This document shows, one piece after another, positions 27,401 through 40,011 of a stretch of 64,000 bases of DNA; within the stretch, counting starts at the first letter, position 1; each line of letters opens with the position of its first letter. This DNA is from Tubiluchus corallicola (taxonomy: Eukaryota > Animalia > Priapulida). The translations under genes and the position numbers were made by a program. The notes beneath the pieces are model-generated. The model was given only the letters and a program-made list of their open reading frames with translations. It ran no database searches and was not told the DNA's origin. Location of the stretch: assembly GCA_030141605.1 (NCBI GenBank), contig JAQGDQ010000028.1, positions 372,001 through 436,000 of the forward strand, in the 5' to 3' direction.

Positions 27401-30266
27401 TATAGGATAGTTTGTTTTGAATTATAGTTGAAGACTGAATCCAATTTTTCTTTAAGGGCAAACAAGAAACGTTTCACCAAACACGGTGTGGTAGTTCATA
27501 TAGGATTTTGGGCCCCCAGAAATAAACAATGTAGGAACACCAGCGACGTTACTGCTTTTGTTATTCATCAAAGTGTCAAAAATATCAGCATTTATTACAA
27601 CTGATCAATTTGTATGTTTTGGTGCCACAATGTACTCTCTCTTCTCACAAAGATGTTTTCAAAATTTTACAGCTAACTAGTATTAGCGAAACTGTGCAAT
27701 TTTTGGATTTTTAGTCTGCTGTAAACATGAGTTCTAGCAAAAAGGACGAAACAATTATAACAACATATAAAAATAGCTCCTCAAGGTCTTGTGCTTCCAA
27801 GAACTTCAGTACGAGAAAGTAAAACAAAATAATTGTAGCAGTCAAACTCCTTCCCCAGAACTACATGTGATAACTACAATGCTTTTAACTATTTCCTGGC
27901 ATATAACAAGAGATTTCTTAACTGAAATTAACAAACACGCATATAAATGTCCTTTATACACAACCTGATGTTCTCTTATTCAAATCTTTAACAAAATGCA
28001 ATAAGATTATTACTAAACTTTACCATCACGATATTCATATAAATGAACTTCAAATCCTCTTCGTGCCAAAAAAGTAGCTTCTAGTGAACCCACCTAAAAA
28101 CAAAATATTAGCATAAACAAATAAAGGTATTACTAAATAGAAAAGCAGATATTAAATAAAAACTGCTAGAGATGAGCAATATAATCGAAATTAGTGTTAA
28201 ATACAGACAAACACGACCTGAAAGCACAGAAATTGTACAAACTGTTGTACAGCTAATATTTTAACTATATAGATGATAATGTTAATACTGTATAACTATA
28301 GTAACTTTTCTATACGAGCCAGTTTATATGGCAATATGTAATAACTCCACATATCAAGTAAATTTAAAATGAGGCTAATATAAATTACACCATTAAATAA
28401 TTAAGTTTATCGGTTGAGTAAATAATTCAGATTACCTCTTATTTATATAACTACTGCCTGGTTATTAACTGGCTAATTCATTTCACTGATTGTTAATTTA
28501 ACCTAGAAGTAAGTGGGCCATTTATACAGTGTAAAAATGCAGTCAAACAGGTAGTAATGTTCATAAATGCTCCACCAACACAGCTGATCATTCAATTATC
28601 CAATTACTACTAACTATCTTACCGGCTGTAGTAAGCCACACTAACAATTCAAATAACCACCAGAACAACAACAGCATTCACAAAAACTGCACACAGATAC
28701 AAAGATAAAACTGTAAAAATAGGATTGTTTCTTTCAAAATAGTTGGCAAGTACAACTCACACAATTATCTGAATTCAAGAAATTCAATCAAATGACTCAT
28801 AATTAAAGACCCTTTGTGGCCTGTTATTAAACAATTTAAGCACTGCAATACAAGCACTTATTGAGGGTAACTTTATTGAAAAGAACATATGAAATTACAA
28901 AAACATGACAATTCATTAGACAAAATCTTAGAAGGCAAAATAAAAAAAAAACTGGTTAAACTGAACAGTTTCACTTCTACCTAAAATTAATGTGCCATAC
29001 ATTAAACTGAGTTGTCTCTCCTCGGGCCCTATTCTGTCCACAAGTAGCTTAATTTATTATGCACCTAGTGCATGCACAATGCCAAAGGCAATGCAGCAAC
29101 TCTTCAGTTTCAAGGCTAGTGGAAAAATGTGTACCTGAGCTACGCAGTTGAAATTTTACAAATAAAACGTCATACCTCAACTATTAAATAATATATTATG
29201 GCATAAAAGTGGTTATAAATTACCAGGTAAATGTGCAGATGAATTCAAAACTATCAGGCAGATAAAATTAAATCAAATCAAACTAATAGGAGAACACTAG
29301 AGACACAAATTGCCACGTTGCTCTTTCAAAAACAGCCAGCCTATTTAAAGCTTTTATTTCAGCAGACTAACTGCAAATCTGTCTTTGTTTTGTATTTGCA
29401 TGTATTAATCTTAAAGGTCAATGCTATTATTAGTACAAAATACTATACAGTACTAATATCAAGTATCAGTATGCAGTATATTATTTATTAGTATGCAGTA
29501 TATTACTCGTCAATCGATGAACTTACAATAGTGCTTACAGTAATATCAATTATACTTTCGACTTGGGGCAGTCAACCTCGAGAAACTATCTTATCGTATT
29601 AGCTGAAGAGGAAAGGACCTACGATAAATTTGCTGTGAAAAAAGGGAAAACAGAATAAATGCTTGTGGACAATGCACCATGTGACAATCCCAGACAGAAT
29701 CTTCATCAGACTGGACCATGCAGGTTGAATATTCCCTGGCAAGCAGTAGCTACATTCTCTAAAATGCTTTGCAGTAGTCACTGTTTCCTTCATATATTAA
29801 AAAGTTAGCAGAGCATCACATGTAAAGTAGTAGCCCAAGTTGAGTTTGGCAACGCATTACAACTCAACTTGGCGATAATCGCAGACATTAGCAGCTTAGG
29901 TGGTTTTTACAGAATAAATGAATAATACATGAATTTCAACACAGTATTCATTATTTTTAACGTGACTATGGCAGTACATCACTTCACATGCATGCACTGC
30001 TGAAAAACACCTAAAATGCAAAATGACCCTTGAATTCTTACTTATTTGTCTAGTAAATAAAAACTCTGGTCCTCTTTAAATTGCATTCATCAACAAATCG
30101 ATGGAAGACTTCAAATGAGCTTAAGGTTGAGGGTACCATTGTATTATACCGTAGCGTATTATACATACAAACACTTACAATATCAGGCGGCAGAACAAGA
30201 TGTAATTTACGAATTTCTTACCAGTCCACCGCCGACAACTGCAACACTTTTCTTTTTATTCGACAT
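18438..30266 (-). CDS. KMO: Kynurenine 3-monooxygenase (cinnabar homologue), 13 coding exons
   Basis: Exons (-): 30222-30266, 28024-28093, 26386-26573, 25787-25923, 25397-25562, 24634-24827, 23316-23373, 22755-22844, 22195-22252, 20794-20876, 20045-20146, 19619-19678, 18438-18561. Motifs [72 protein letters not shown] and a C-terminal TM segment. The end of the last exon is less certain. Confidence 0.95.
20976..22098 (+). mobile_element. Internally deleted hAT (Tip100/ZMYM-like) transposon in a KMO intron
   Basis: Perfect 8-bp TSD GGCATAAC (20968-20975, 22099-22106). TIRs CAGTGGCGTTGTGC / GCACGACGCCCCTG. Transposase remnant [11 protein letters not shown]...[26 protein letters not shown] (ORF 21509..21790). 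Confidence 0.92.
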
Positions 30267-30834
30267 ACTTTTAAAGCAAAAAACGACGTGACGCCACGCC
30301 GTAAATTACACGTGAAGCAAACTGTAGAACCCGTCTTTTGTAAAAACCGGGTTGGCACACGGACACACACTTACACATCGTCTGCTCTGCAGATCGCAGT
30401 TTGCATGCCAAATTCTGCAAAACCTTAGCACGTGCGACGTAACCTTTGACCCAACACCTGATACAAACAAAAATTAATACGCACTACAGTCTAAAAAATA
30501 AATTTGTTAATAAATGCATCCATTTAAAAAGCAAAGGACTAATTTAGGACACCCAATTATTTTTAGATAAAAAAGTGTTAATTTTATTCATATTTTTTCT
30601 TGCTTTTACACAAGTGGACTATTTTTTCTCATTTTTGTGTTTGACTTCCGGGGTTCCTAGGCACTTCCTGTAAAATCAGCAGAACTTATACTGACTTAGC
30701 TTCATTGCATGCAAACTACTTAAAAGCAAGATTGTTTCAAACTGACAGCAGTTTAATTGAAAACTAGGTGTGACATAAAGATTTCATCAGTCGTGATCAG
30801 CTGTGAATTTTACAGTCATTTATGATAAAGGAGA
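30267..30834. promoter_or_regulatory. Putative bidirectional promoter shared by KMO and CEPT
   Basis: Divergent ATGs only 568 bp apart. CACGTG E-boxes at 30309 and 30429; ETS-type ACTTCCGG (30644) and ACTTCCTG (30663); locally CpG-richer. Confidence 0.6.
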
Positions 30835-31980
30835 ATGAAGATAGAAAGCTTATCTGAGGTGCAATTGAAAAAATTGAAAGAACATAAATACAGTTGCGAA
30901 AATGTATCTATTCTGGATCCATACATGCAGGTGTTCTGGAATGCTGCTATTCAAAAATTTCCATTGTGGTTAGCTCCAAATACGATGACAATTATTGGAC
31001 TAGGTGTTAATATAATTACATCTTTGCTAGTTTTTGGTTACAATCCCGATGGAAAAAGTGACTGTCCAGCATGGGTATATGTCTTTTGTGCTGCTGGACT
31101 GTTTATATATCAAACACTAGATGCATTAGATGGCAAGCAAGCAAGGAGAACAGGATCATCTAGTCCTTTAGGAGAGCTGTTCGATCATGGATGTGATTCT
31201 ATATCTACTGTTTTTGTCACAATTGCAGTCAGCATCACTATGCAGCTAGGGCAGCGACCAGAGGTTTTATTTGCAATGATAATGTGGTCATTGTTTCTTT
31301 TCTACCTAGCTCACTGGACAACATACGTATGTGGAACTTTACGGTTTGGATACATTGATATCACAGAAGGTCAGTTTATGGCAATTGGATCATTTATTGT
31401 AACCGCCATTTTTGGAGCTGCATTCTGGGAAGCTAGAATTCCATTCCTTTATCTACCATTATGGGTCTTACCTGTACTTTTTTCAACAATAGCTGGTGGA
31501 GTAGCTGCACTGACGTGCTTTAACGTCATTTTTACTGGTGGCGTTGGAAAAAACAAATCCACTGTTGCCGATACCAGCGTTTTATTTCCAGCTGTACCAA
31601 TATTATCGGCAATTATTCCAGCTTACATTATTTATTGGAAGTCTCCAAGTCACCTTTACCAAAACCATCCATGTGTGTATTTGCTAGCGTTTGGTTTTGT
31701 GGCAGCTAAGATCACTTGCAGACTTGTAGTAGCTCATATGACAAAAAGCGAGATGGATGCTCTGGACACAGTACTGTGGGGTCCAGCACTGTTGTTTCTC
31801 AACCAATATTTTAATTGTCCAATTAGCGAGCATTTAGTTCTTTTCCTGTGTTTAATTTATTCCATTGTGAATTTAACTATGTACTCGGTGCGTGTTTGTC
31901 GGCAAATTTGTGATTATCTAAATATTTTTTGTTTTACTATTAAAAACAACAAATTACATTCTGCCTCCAATAACGGTTGA
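30835..31980 (+). CDS. CEPT1: Choline/ethanolamine phosphotransferase (CEPT1/CHPT1 family), intronless, 381 aa
   Basis: CDP-alcohol phosphotransferase motif DALDGKQARRTGSSSPLGELFDHGCD, plus LKEHKYS, WLAPN, GGVGKNKSTVA and LVVAHMTKSEM; multiple TM helices. Confidence 0.95.
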   Translation: MKIESLSEVQLKKLKEHKYSCENVSILDPYMQVFWNAAIQKFPLWLAPNTMTIIGLGVNIITSLLVFGYNPDGKSDCPAWVYVFCAAGLFIYQTLDALDGKQARRTGSSSPLGELFDHGCDSISTVFVTIAVSITMQLGQRPEVLFAMIMWSLFLFYLAHWTTYVCGTLRFGYIDITEGQFMAIGSFIVTAIFGAAFWEARIPFLYLPLWVLPVLFSTIAGGVAALTCFNVIFTGGVGKNKSTVADTSVLFPAVPILSAIIPAYIIYWKSPSHLYQNHPCVYLLAFGFVAAKITCRLVVAHMTKSEMDALDTVLWGPALLFLNQYFNCPISEHLVLFLCLIYSIVNLTMYSVRVCRQICDYLNIFCFTIKNNKLHSASNNG

Positions 31981-32819
31981 TGAACAATTGCAAATTTATT
32001 ATATACAGACATTTACTGTGAAAAAAGCATCTATGAATGTAATCTTGAATATATTATTAAATAGTCAATTGTTTTATTCATCACAACATTTCTATGATAA
32101 TGTTGAATGTTAATGTATGTTTATTGTATGTAATTAACTTGTAAATTATGTTAAGAGCTTGCATTATTATACTGAAGATTCGCAAAGTCATGCATTTTAA
32201 TCTAGTTAAAGTTTGAAACTTAAATTGTAAGATTGGGTGTTGTGTAATTCTGTGTAGTTTGTACTTTGTATGTTATAAGTGCAGAAATCTTCAGCTGAAA
32301 AATATATACTCACTTGATTGTACATAATAATTATGTAGCCTGTGAACAAACCAGAAGAACAAGTTCTACTATTAGTTTTAGAACTAATATATAATGAGTT
32401 TTAGAACTAATATATAATGTAACAGATTAAAATTTTAATATTGTTAATGTTATTTTATTGCTTAGTTCCTGTTTAATCGATTAGGATTCAATTTCATGGA
32501 CTAAGTTTTTGAACTGCACAGTAGCACATGGAGTTAACTAAAACAGCCATTTTTATTTGCACAGTTAAAGTTGTCTTCTTGCTTCAAAATGGATATAATT
32601 TTACTCTAAATTGGCAATATTCAATGCAACGCAGTATGGTAAAAAATGTGATTCACTTAACAAAGATGATTGCTATAAATTTTTGCTTCCAACTTACATG
32701 CAGTGCTAATAAAAAACAAAAAGGGTTATTTAGCTAACAAACTGCATTTTTTTCATGTAGAAAATTAAAGTACGCAATGGACCAATCAAAATTTGGTTAT
32801 AATATGTACCACAAACAGT

Positions 32820-33410
32820 CATAGCTTAGTCTTTTCTGTAAACAAAAAATAAACATGCCTCATATAAACATGATAAGTCAAAAAATTGCAAAAAAACATT
32901 GGAATAATTTCATTTATCAAAAACTATGTAAATTTCATTTATCATCTTTATATAATACATTAATTTTGCCTTACTTAACTTACTGTTGTGTGTTATGGGG
33001 CAGAACTTATCTTACGAACCTGGTTACCTTAAATAGATATCAAAGAAAATTTCTCCGCATTATGAAAGGTCTCTCAAAATATACAACAGTACCTAAATTA
33101 TTGTTTCGAAACAGTAGTATTTTAATTTTAGAAGATTTAATTTTATTTAACCTCTCTACGGATGTGTACAAAACACATTTCGGTTTATTTCCAACTACTT
33201 TATTTAATCCAGTATTACGTAACCAAACACAATTTAGCACACGTTTTAATGAGCATTTTATACCATATTGTAGAAAAATCTTGGTAGACATTTTCTTAAA
33301 TTCACAGCTCCCTTACAATGGAACAATATTTCACCAAACATAAAAAGCAGCAAATCTATAAATATTTTTAAAAAATATTTGAAACATCATATGTTTTTGT
33401 CTTGTCTAAT
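32820..33410 (+). mobile_element. LINE (CR1/L2-like) 3' end fragment
   Basis: LYNTLILPYLTYCCVLWG...QRKFLRIM is a typical LINE ORF2 C-terminus; followed by a simple-repeat tail. Confidence 0.7.
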
Positions 33411-33419
33411 AGTGACTAA

Positions 33420-33790
33420 TTCACTCTCTATCTCTCCCTCAAGCCTCTTTCTGTCTCTATCCTTTCTTTCTACATTTCGCAATTTTCAGTTCAGCTAAAC
33501 AAAGTTTTTACAATCTCCCTCTCTCTTTCTCTCTCTCTCACTGCCTCTCCTACCTTTTCTCACACACTCTCTTTTATTCTCTCTCTCCCTCGTCTCCTCA
33601 CTCTCTCTATCTATCCCTCTTTCTCTCACCCACACACACACACACACACACTTATTCTCTTTCCCTTACTCTCTCTGTCTCTCCCTTTCCCACTCTCTTA
33701 CTGTCACTCGCACTCACACACTCTCTCCTCTCTCTCACTCTCTATCTTTCTCGTCCTCTCTTTCTGCCTCTATCTTGTTTCTCTCTCGAC
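33420..33790. repeat. (CT)n/(CA)n low-complexity microsatellite
   Basis: Pyrimidine-rich CT repeats with an embedded (CA)n run at ~33630-33651. Confidence 0.9.
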
Positions 33791-34554
33791 ATTTTGCACT
33801 TTCCAGTTCAAAATTTTCAGTTCGTTTCACAAATTACAGTAAGCCGGTTTGAACAAAACCTGACTATTGTTTTTTATTCAAAAGGTAAAACAAGGTAAAA
33901 AAATGCTACAATAAATTTTTGCCCGTAGTAACTTCATGTCAAAGTGTGGATCTGTACCTTTGTTGAGTGGGCTCCAGTTGTTACTGCCTTTTGTTTGTTT
34001 TATCGGCTGAAAAAAAACGTAATGTAAACAGAGTATAAAGTGTAAAACAGAAGAAAACAAACATTAACTATTATTACCAAACATGCATAAAAAATCGCAG
34101 TGCCAGTGCAAATTAAAAATAGCCTATAGTTTCTGGAAAGATCATCACAACAAGAAGTAACATTTCTAGAAGGTACTCCATGCCTTCACATGACGTGATT
34201 TTGAACAAGAGGTGTAGCAATTAGGAGGTTACAACACCCTTTGTAAACATCTGTTTCTGTTTCGCAGTGAACATTTTGCTGCAAAGCTCTGTTTTATTTC
34301 TGAGCTGAAATAATTTACTTTGAAGATGAAATGTGTGTAAGCAGATGCTAGAATCTTCAGAAAAGCGCCGGTGAAATTTTCTACGGTGAGTTTGTAATAT
34401 TGTAGCAGTAAAAGACTTTGACCGGGCTACGACAAGTGTTTTGTTTAAAAACTGATAACCCAGCCTTTTATTATTTGTGATAAAATATAGTCAGCTGCGT
34501 GAGTATGCTTCTAGCTTCTCGCAGTTTTGAATGCTGTCCGTGGATGCTTATTGC

Positions 34555-35142
34555 CAGGGCCGGATTTTGATTTTGTTGACCGCTGAGTTACAGTTCCCGG
34601 ACTTCCCGGCCCTCAGTGACAATTAACAAAAGCCTGAATGTTGGATTCTTCAATCAGTTTATTCAACTTTTATAATATAATGCCAACATTAGGCCTACAT
34701 AGATTGGTACTAGTGTAACACAACAAAAAGAGGAGAGGTCCTTCAAATTCAAGAACCGGGACTAAGAGTACCTAATCCATTGGTCCACTTGTCCAGTATA
34801 TGCCAGAGCCTATCGAGATTAGTGGCAAATTACCAGTGAGTTCCGTTAGGACAGAGATATCTCTGTCAGAGGAGATGTGATCTGAATTCCCACAAAACTG
34901 TGTCATTGTAATCAGGATTGCCAGTGTGGCAGTACTAATGAGTTGGAATAATGGGCAAGAAAACAATTCCAGTGTATTATTGTACAGTATATTAATTAAT
35001 TGAGCCCTTTTTAAAGAAATAATTCAGCGTACTTCTTTCATTCTGTAGTAACTTTTCATAGTAAAATTAATTTCACTTATTAAGCTGGCAGAGGTTCTTG
35101 GTCTACAGCCCATAATAAAGCCCATGCCTTAATCTGGCACTA
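34555..35142. mobile_element. Old hAT-type MITE
   Basis: Imperfect TIRs CAGGGCCGGATT / AATCTGGCACTA; degenerate 8-bp flanks CTTATTGC / CTTGTTGT (6/8). Confidence 0.4.
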
Positions 35143-35749
35143 CTTGTTGTGTAACTCAAAGTAAGCGAAAACTTATAAAAACCCATTCTCGATCGACTAT
35201 GATGCAAGACAGATTAAATTTTTGGCAATTATCATCAGAAATTAATGATTGTCAATAGAAATTGACCTTGGGCAAACAAATTTAAACTGTACTGTAAAAT
35301 CGTTAAATTTGCAGCATAAATTTAAGGAAAACATGTTTTAGCAACAATAACGTAAGTTTTTAAATGTACGCTCTTTTTTGCTCTTTTAGTCTTTAATTCA
35401 TTAATTTAAAATTCATTAGGTTTACAATTTTTAACATTATGAGCTTGGTGAAATACAGAATCTGGGCTGTTGTAACACACCGCAAACAGTTATTGGTTAC
35501 TCCCATAATATTAAGAGCTAATGCTATGTAATACAGCAAATATAAGTTGTGTACCTTTCATGTGTAGTAAAACTGAAATAAAGTAATAGTACACCACAAG
35601 CATTTACATTGTTAGAATCAACACTAGAATCGAGGATGGAGAAGTAGGGTTTACTAGTTTGAAGTAGTGCTATTAACACTCCTGAAATAGCAGTACAATG
35701 TGTCTGTTAAATAAATGTATCTAATCGGTACGTGTCCTTCCACATGTGA

Positions 35750-36040
35750 TGAGGTTTAGCATTTCCGAGGTTGTGGCTGATGGTAGGACCTGTCTCATAT
35801 CTAATGAATACATGCTGGACTGTTATCTGAAACTGAATCACCGATAACGACACACTGTTTTCTTTGCGTAAAAAATAAGCAATCTGCTGTAGCAGTGACC
35901 ATATATACCAAAAGACTTGGTGCAATTGTACAGTTGTATGACTAACTGTATCAAAGACCTTTTTAAAGTCTACTATCAGTATTTTTACCTGGATCTGTAC
36001 TGCCTGGTTCCACTCATACATAACAACTGCTCGCATGTGG
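35750..36040 (-). mobile_element. LINE RT fragment
   Basis: Minus-strand VDFKKVFDTVSH corresponds to the RT motif DFxKAFDxVxH. Confidence 0.6.
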
Positions 36041-38851
36041 ACATGCCTATCAGAAAACCAGGCTGTTCACGAAATAAAAGAGTCTTCATTCTTAGACATT
36101 TAGTAACATTTTCTGCGATAACAACAATTTGCATGCTACAGCTACACTATTCAGCGATACTGGTCTGTAGTTGTTTTGAGCAAAACTTTCGATTTTTTAA
36201 ATATCGGGTTTATGTCTACCAGTTTCCATACTGACTAAATAGAGAGTTTTTATTTGCCGGGTTAGCAGCCGCGGTTACCAATCGGTTTGAATAACACAAA
36301 CCATTTGTGATCACATCAGGAATTAAGAAAGATCGCAGTAAGGGCGCAAAAAATGCGCGTAACTACAGAAAAAAGGTGTCGCGTTGTGCTGCCCATAGAT
36401 AACTGTGAAGCATTCTCCTATTGTCTGTCTGTAAATTTCAGGGCATGATTAGAAAGTGATGCTGACAAACCACTTACATAACAGTGCCTAGTTTTTTTGC
36501 TGGATTACTGCTGTGCGTACCTGTCTTGGGGGCAGATTTCAGAATATTTAGAATTATTTCAAAATTTTAATAAATCATCTCTGTTAGTTTTAATGTATTC
36601 CCCTTGAACTAATCTCATTACTTTACTATAATTATATTATCATAGTACATCTTTTCATCAAAGTGTAAAATTGTTATTATTATTATTTCTTCGCAGCTAT
36701 GAAAAGGGAAGGTAAACACGCAATACAATAGGTCGAAGTATGATTGAAATAGGTCTCACATAATCTTCAAACAAATCCAGCAACTACAACACTTTTTCTC
36801 ATACACAATTTTTTATAATTTTGTCTGCTCCACTTATGTTTTTGCTTGCATATTATGCTTTTCTCACTTCATATATATTCACTTTATTATAATTATTTTG
36901 CTCATTGTTTCACAGTTATCATTAAGTCTTATTATATTTTTGAGCTGTTAGTATATTGTCTGTTTAGTCACATAGTGACATACTCATGTTTCACTACATA
37001 TTTTGTTTACTCCATTTTTCTGCACTAGTTCTTGTGTTCCATGGTACTTTATCATTATGCTTAACATAATTTGATTAAACACAGTTGCATATTTTTGTTT
37101 CATTATATTTTGTTTGATTTTATCATGCATATTTTGTTTCCTCACTGATTTATTATTTATGTTTTATTTTTTCTTTTGGTTCGACTTTTTTCTAGTTTGT
37201 TTTATGTTTTAATCAGTTAGTTAAATGCTTTACATTTTTTGTTAATCATCGTTTCATATTTGTTCATTTTATTTTAATGCTTCTTTGTTGCATTATTCCC
37301 CCATAAATTTATGTTAACAGCAGCACTACAAATTTTTTACAAGTTACACTAACCTGAGAAGGGTAGCTGACTTGATGACCAATTGGTCTTTTGCTACCCT
37401 TTCTCCTGCACCCCCCTAACTCTTTCCTTTATGCTTAATTTATCCTTTTTAATTAATAACTATAACAAAAATAGTCTATTGTATTTTGGTGTAAATGAGG
37501 AGATAAATAAAAATGTCTATGTCTGCACAATGTGTCTACAATACATGTAATGGGCATTTGATGATGATGATTAGTCGCTGGTTTTGATTTTAGAGTTCTG
37601 CCTGCCCAATATCTACAAGAGACATAGTGGACATGGTGATGATGATGACTGGTTATGCTTTCTTATGAATTTTTTAAACACATTCACCGTTTTCGGGCTA
37701 TAAGCCTTATTTTTACCATTATAGGTGCACTTGCAGTTTAGGTGGTTCTCACACCTTACTACTACTACTAGTACTACCTTCCTATATCAGTCCCACTGCC
37801 AACGCTCTACCTCCTTCCCACTCCAAACCTCCCCTCCTACTTCATCACCAAGAACGCCACACTGCCAAGAATACCAAGCTGCCAAGAATGCCAATTCACC
37901 AAGAATGCCAAGAAAGCCAAGCTGCCCAACCCAACCTGCGATACCGCAAACTTGTCAAAACTAATTGGTTGACTAATTGACTAGCTTAGCTAGCTAGCTA
38001 ACTAACTAACTAATTAATAATCTTCGTACAGTCACCTTTTTACAGTATAAAGCCTCAAATTATCGTGTGTTCCAGTATTATTTATTTTATTGTATAAACC
38101 ACAACCCTGCTTTGCTGGTTGCGCCTCATTTCGAAAGAGAAACAAAAGTTACTAAACAATGCCGGTAGAGGCACACACAGATGCTGCAAAATGGCGCACA
38201 TTGAGAAAATTCGCCTGAAGCTTTTTTTAACTTTTCAGTAAGTTTGCAATTTGGTTCTTTTTTGTGAAGCATGTGAAGAGATTTTCTAGGCTGTGGCACA
38301 CAGTAGTAAATAAAAAATATCGCTCTCTGCTACCTCCCAAATGAAAATATTTCATCAAATTGGCCAATCTTTGTCCGTCTCGCGACGCTAACAGTAAGTT
38401 TTTTAAAATCATTTTTTTTATAAATAGGTGGAGGTACGTTTCAACTTTTCTTTACATCAATGTGCAGATAAAAGATGCATCTTCGTATTGTAGCTCTGCT
38501 TTCAGTAATATTTCTGATTTAGGTGATGTGAGAGTGCCTTCAAAGTGAACCACCTAAACTGCAATCTACCCCCATTATATTTTAATTTTGCATTAGAATT
38601 ATGCATTCATGCAAAAATCTCTGACCAAGATCATGTGCAGGTCAAAATTCTTGGTAATTACATTTATCACCTTTGGATGGCCGAACCGCTTTAGCTTTTA
38701 TTCCTTTGTGGAATTAATGCTTGAAGACAGAGGAAGAAATGTATCAATATAAAATTGCAGTAATAGTTGTTTTATTTCATTTTCACCAGGTATTGTGTAC
38801 TATATTATCTATGAACAATACCGTCCAAATTTACCTTTCAAAGTTAACAAC

Positions 38852-39790
38852 TCAGCTGGCCACATGGCTTTGACGCTGAGCCCTCAATTTGCTTTTGAAA
38901 ATACTAACATTTGACACACTAATCACATCGTGCGGCAAAGCATTCCAGCAGGGAATAACTCTTTCGGTGAAAAAGTGACCTCTTATGTGTGTATGATAGA
39001 AATCCTGGAACAGTTTCATCAAATGTCCTCGTAGGTCATGGTGGCGATGAGCAGTCATCTTTACTCCAGATTTTATTTTCAGAATTCTGAAGCAACGAAT
39101 AAAGTCTATGTTTTGCATCTCTGATACAATATAGTAACATCTTCAGCTTGTCCTTCAGTTATAATACGAAAGCAGCAACTCTGAATCCGCTGAAGCTGGC
39201 ACATTAAGGTGATGTACTGCAGTAACCAGGCATCTCCTGCAGACTCAAACTTTGGCCAAACTAATGTTTTATACAATGGGCCTATAACTTTGAATAACTG
39301 TGACAGAACAGCCCGTTTGATCAAACCTATGGCTCTGATTACTGACTTTTCGATCCTAGTTATATGCTTATTCCATTTTATGTCCTTTGAAGTCCATTTG
39401 CCCAAGCCTTTCACATGAGTTGGCTGATTAATTTTGGACCCACAAAGTTTGTATCTGAAATCATGCTTGGGTCTAATGAGAAGCACAGAACACTTAGCTG
39501 GTTTTGGTGTCAGTAGGTACAACATCTTTCTACCTGGACTGCAATATTTTGTAGATCGATGCTGTGTCAGTATATGTGTGTTGCCTTGTAGATTTTTGCG
39601 TCATCTACATATAATACTGAATTTCATTAAGACACCTGGAAAGATCATCCACATGGATTAGGAAATGGTCCCGAAAAAAGTTCCTTTTGGGATAACACTT
39701 TCTGCACGTGTCCATCCAGATGAATTTCCAGCTAACACAACTCTCTGGAAATGGTAACACAGGAAGTTCTTAAACCATCTGAAAAGCAGA
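38852..39790 (-). mobile_element. CR1-like LINE 3' fragment (RT C-terminus)
   Basis: Remnants KCSVL, KGLGKW..DIKWNKHI, LYKTLVWPKFE and FFTERVIPCWNALP...FKSKL across frameshifted ORFs. Confidence 0.8.
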
Positions 39791-40011
39791 TCTCGAACAC
39801 CAGCTTAAGTAGCGACTTATTGAATTGTCATCACTGTAGTAATTATTAGAGTGGCTGACTCGATAACTTGAGTTCATTCCTCGCACCTTCACTTATAGAT
39901 AACAATTAAAAATTAATTATCTATTTATATTTGTTTTAATTCATTACAGTTTTATTGTGCTATTATTTCTGCTAACAGGTGAAAAATAAGCAAATTGTAG
40001 TGACAGCTATC

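Noticed and set aside
37725-38020. 79-aa Pro/Thr-rich ORF with GCCAAGAAT and CTAA/CTAG repeats
   Set aside because: Low-complexity simple repeats with no domain evidence.
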